A DNA stretch of 64,000 nucleotides from Squalus acanthias (lineage: Eukaryota): assembly GCA_030390025.1 (NCBI GenBank), contig CM059434.1:111042001-111106000 (forward strand), read 5' to 3'. The translations under genes and the position numbers were made by a program. The first letter of the stretch is position 1. Each line of letters starts with the position of its first letter. The notes beneath the pieces are model-generated. The model searched no databases. It had not been told where the DNA came from and saw nothing but the letters and a program-made list of their open reading frames with translations. This document shows, in pieces, positions 59,921-64,000 of this stretch.

Positions 59921-60339
59921 TGCATTACAAGGGCTCAGGACACTATTAAATCTTTTTTATAACCACAACAAACTCGGGCTTCAACAAAGAGAATTTTGAA
60001 GAGAAGTTTTCAATTATTTATTCTTTATCGCCTTAAGCATGGAGTCCAATTATGATGGCAGAATCACAGTTAAACAACACAGCAGCTCAGTCCCTCAGTC
60101 TAAGTATCAGAGTGGTAAATACAATATTTATTTTCATTGAGTGTTTCGTAGGCTGATTACTTAAATCAGTGATAAAATGAAAATACTCTGGTTTCTATAA
60201 TCACAATTGTTTTAGCAATACTTTTTATGTTTGATTTCAGTAATCTAAAGTTTCTCCTCCTAACTATAGTTTCTAATTTGTGGTATCACCCTCATTAATC
60301 TACACTAATTTATGGCTTTAATGGCTTTTTTTTAATAGT

Positions 60340-61550
60340 GGTGTACCTACGAGACTGCACACAGTAGTCTAAGCCTAGCCATTGGCTTATACAAAGTTAT
60401 CATTGCCTATTTGGTCTTGTACTTTAAGCCTCTATTTATGAAATCAAAAATTCTATTGGCCTTTGTTATGGCTTTATCTAGCTGCTTTGTACTTTCAAAG
60501 AATGATATATTGGAATTCCTAGGTGTCTCTGTTGACCCACACCCTTCAGTATCTTTCCATTGAGTGTATACTTAATTTTCCTTCCAGAATGCATTATCTT
60601 ATACTTCTCCGCATTAAATTACCTCTGCCACTTCTTTGCCCATTCCGCTAACCTGACTACGCCCTCCTGAAGCCTTTTACAGTTCTTCTCATTGTTTGCC
60701 AAATCCCTTAATTGAGTATCTGCAACAAATTTTGATTTTGTGCTCCCGAGACCAAAGTCCAAATCATCTATCTATATTGAAAATGAAATCGGTCCTAGCA
60801 CTGATCCCTGGGAATGCCACTTTCAACTCTTCTCCAATCCGAGCAACATCCAATAACTCTAACCTCGTTTTCTGCCCATGAACCAACTTTCCATCCATGC
60901 TGCTACATTTCCTCTTGTATCATATATCTGAATTTTTGTAACAAGCCTCTTGTGAGACACCTGATTGAAAGCCATTTGAAAATCAATATAAACTACATTA
61001 ATTGCATTCCCTTTATCTACATAATTAATCACAGCTTCAAAACAAAAACACTATTAAATTTGTCAAACATGAATGGTCTCCAATAAATTCACGTTGATTT
61101 CTAAATGTTCATTAATTTCATCTCAAATTAAGGCTTCTAAGAGTTTGGCCACAGCTGACGATTGACTAACTAGTCTGTAATTACCTGATTTATCCTTCTC
61201 TCCCTTCTTGAGCAGAGATGTTACATTGACTACTCTTCAGTCCCCCGGCACAATGTGCATATTAAGGAGAACTGAAAAATTATGGTCAGATCCTCTGCTA
61301 TCTCCTCTTTGACTTCCTTCAACTGCCTAAGGTGTATGCCATCATAATCCAGTGACAGCCATCTTGAGTTCCACTAGTTTTTCCAGAACCAATTCTTTTT
61401 TCTGCAGTTATTTTTAACAATAATTCCATATCCTCCTCTTGTACACTTGCATTCCAGCATCATTTGTAAAACTGAAGCATATTTAATATCACTGCCATAC
61501 AATCATGCGCCACAACTAAATTTCTCCATTCATCCCTGAGTAGTCCTACC
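60340..61550 (-). mobile_element. Old, degraded CR1 ORF2 (RT region)
   Basis: Minus strand gives DKAITKANRIFDFINRGLKYK, GIPQGSVLG-like (CCCAGGGATCAGTGCTAGGACC) and NYRLVS (AATTACAGACTAGTTAGT) remnants with stops. Confidence 0.7.
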
Positions 61551-62575
61551 TTTAACTATTTAAAAAAACACCTTTCAATATGATTATAAAAGTCCTCAAA
61601 TGATAACAAAAGAACTAGGTGCCAGTAATCTGTCATAGCATGAAGGTTGCGCTTGTGTGAAGCAGCAAAACATATCAGGAAGGAAGGCTTTGATAAAATA
61701 TCCTAGCTTTAGGAATAGGAAAAAAGTCTAAGGCCCTTGAGAGAGGAGAAGGGAGGCTTGTCTGAGGGAAAACTGTTAGAGGTATTGGAAGATGGAACAG
61801 ATCAATTATAAATTCTGTGTTTTTTTCCAGTATTGTTGATTTTTTTTCATATTCTCATTACTCTGGGAATTTTATTTTTAGGGGAAAATAGTGCAGTAGG
61901 TGGGAACCAATAAGAGCACTTAAATGACTTTGAAAAATGTTTTCAGTGATGCGATTGGGTTCTTTCTGTGCGAAAAGGAATTTTTTGACAGATAATGATG
62001 CGCCCTCGGTGTACTTGTGAGTATTTAAATGTCTTTTGATTGTTTGCTTTATAGTAAATGAGAAATTTCAGCCATTAGTTTGCTTTGTGTCATATACATT
62101 CCCCTGCTCTCCAGAAACATTGCCCTATGGACAATGGGAAACCTTTAATGGTCAAGATGGAATAAATCCAACACATTTTGCTTTTGAAACTCGTGTATCC
62201 TACACCTACTTTTTTAGTTTTATAAAACAAGCAATAAGTCATCTCAATCAAATGAATAGAAAATGAAATTGCCAAGCAGAAACAGAAAATATTCTTTGGT
62301 GGACTGTGGTAATTATCACCACTTAATATTTGTTCCTCTAGTTGCTAATGTGAGTGAAAAAATGCAGTTATGAAACAAATGTTTTGTATTTGCACTCGCT
62401 TTGTAGGCTCTCATTAGCGATCAGAAGAAAATATACCCAGACATGTTATGGGGTAAGATCCCAGTAAGTATTCCACATTGTTCTTGTGTAAAGATCATGA
62501 AATAATCCTACATTTTTCCATACAGATCATAAACGTATGACTGTAAACACTGCCTTAACTCAATCGAAATTAGAT

Positions 62576-63026
62576 AAAAGAAAAAAAGACTTGCATTTAT
62601 ATAGCGCCTTTCACGACCACCGGACGTCCCAAAGCACTTTTACAGCCAATTAGGTACTTTTGAAGTGTAGTCCACTGTTGTAATGTGGGAAACGCGGCAG
62701 CCAATTTGTGCACAGCAAGCTCCCACAAACAGCAATGTGATAATGACCAGGTAATCTGTTTTTAGTGATGTTGGTTGAGGGATAAATATTGGCCAGGACA
62801 CCGGGGATAATGCCCCTGCTCTTCTTCAAAATAGTGCCATGGGATCTTTTACGTCCACCTGAAAGAGCAGACTGGGCCTCGGTTTAACGTCTCATCCAAT
62901 AGTGCAGCGCTCCCTCAGCACTGCACTGGAGTGGCAGCCTAGATTTTTGTGCTCACGTCTCTGGAGTGGGACTTGAACCCACAAACGTCTGACTCAAAGG
63001 CGAGGGTGCTGTCCACTGAGCCACAA
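62576..63026 (-). mobile_element. Full-length Deu-domain SINE (SacSINE1-like)
   Basis: tRNA-like head TGGCTCAGTGG...GGTTCAAGTCCC, Deu core, 3' tail GGCGCTATATAAATGCAAGTCTTT. Confidence 0.88.
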
Positions 63027-64000
63027 TGTGGAACATTGTTTTCACAATTGATTGAATTCCAGTTGGACTCTCCCTCATAATTATGACGTTATCAAATAAA
63101 AGTCAGACAATCTGCTGTATCTAGCATCGTGTAACCTTGGTATGAAATTATCTTGGAGCATATTTTTCCAGCCCAAGAACCTAATACCCCTCTTTAAACT
63201 CGAATACAGAGCAACACCGTAGACTAGTAAACTACCTTAGTAATTGAACTAATTTAGAAAAAAATAATTAAAACAAACTCTAATTTTAGTGATTTTAATA
63301 TCAAATCTGTGCTTTTCACATGAACTAATGTTTGAGTTAGCAGTTTGATTAAAAGGGAAAGATTTTTTTTGGTGAGTTGGCTAATGTTACATTAAAATTG
63401 GATGATACAACAATAGAAAGTCAGCAAGTCATCCTACTTCAACTCTTAAAGCAACAAACCAAACCAATATTTCAATTTTAATTCAATTTCAATATGTAGG
63501 TTCAGTTAGTTTGCATTCTGCTCATTTCATAAAATGATACTTCTAGCTAAAAAATAAATCGGACCAATTAACATTGACAGATGCATTAGGCTAAATCTGG
63601 ACTGCCCCTATAGATCTTGTACCTGAAACTATGCGTCAGTGGAGTGGTTACTTCTTGCAGTGAACTGAAAACCTCACAACTGACACACAATTATTGGGGG
63701 ACTGCAGACGCAGCAGTGTCAGGTGGTGCTTTCACCTCTGGAATGTCTCCCTTCAATCTATCCCAGACATGTATGAATAATAGATCACTTCCGTCTGATG
63801 ACTTTTAAGAACATGTCAGGGGTGAAATGAGTTCCAGCAGACTGAATTTAACGGTGAATGAGCTAATTATATTTAAAATGCCAACAAAATAAATATATGG
63901 TTTACGTTTTTGGCAGATCTGAAAGGGCTCGCTACTAACCCACAGCTATTCATCTGCCTATGTAACAGTTCGTAATAATTCAAAAATAACTTGCATATTA

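Noticed and set aside
59921-64000. Further upstream RELN exon (exon 10 equivalent)
   Set aside because: No reelin-like reading frame found by eye; it presumably lies beyond the window. Likewise no exon 28 equivalent in 1-723.

Overview
Vertebrate genomic DNA, most likely from a shark or other elasmobranch, judged from the repeat families (HE1/V-SINE-like, Deu-domain SINE, CR1, L2, Penelope-like). The whole window lies inside one gene, RELN (reelin), on the minus strand. I traced 17 consecutive coding exons, equivalent to human exons 11-27 as I recall that structure, from 59886 down to 724. All have GT-AG boundaries and compatible phases, and they join into an open 2763-nt (921-codon) frame covering the end of the N-terminal region, reelin repeats 1-2 and the start of repeat 3. 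The introns are filled with transposon debris: a near-complete CR1 ORF2 with a nested SINE, other CR1 and L2 fragments, three Penelope-like insertions carrying minimal hammerhead-ribozyme motifs, GC-rich MITEs with 3-bp TSDs (PIF/Harbinger-like), a hAT MITE and several SINE families. Most ORFs in the supplied track are noise. I see no clear-cut new gene system. The best leads are the hammerhead motifs, MITE-borne CRE/TATA/splice-donor cassettes with a candidate poison exon, an altered reelin N-t cleavage-site segment, and inverted repeats flanking in-frame exons. Family names and human comparisons come from memory and were not checked by search.
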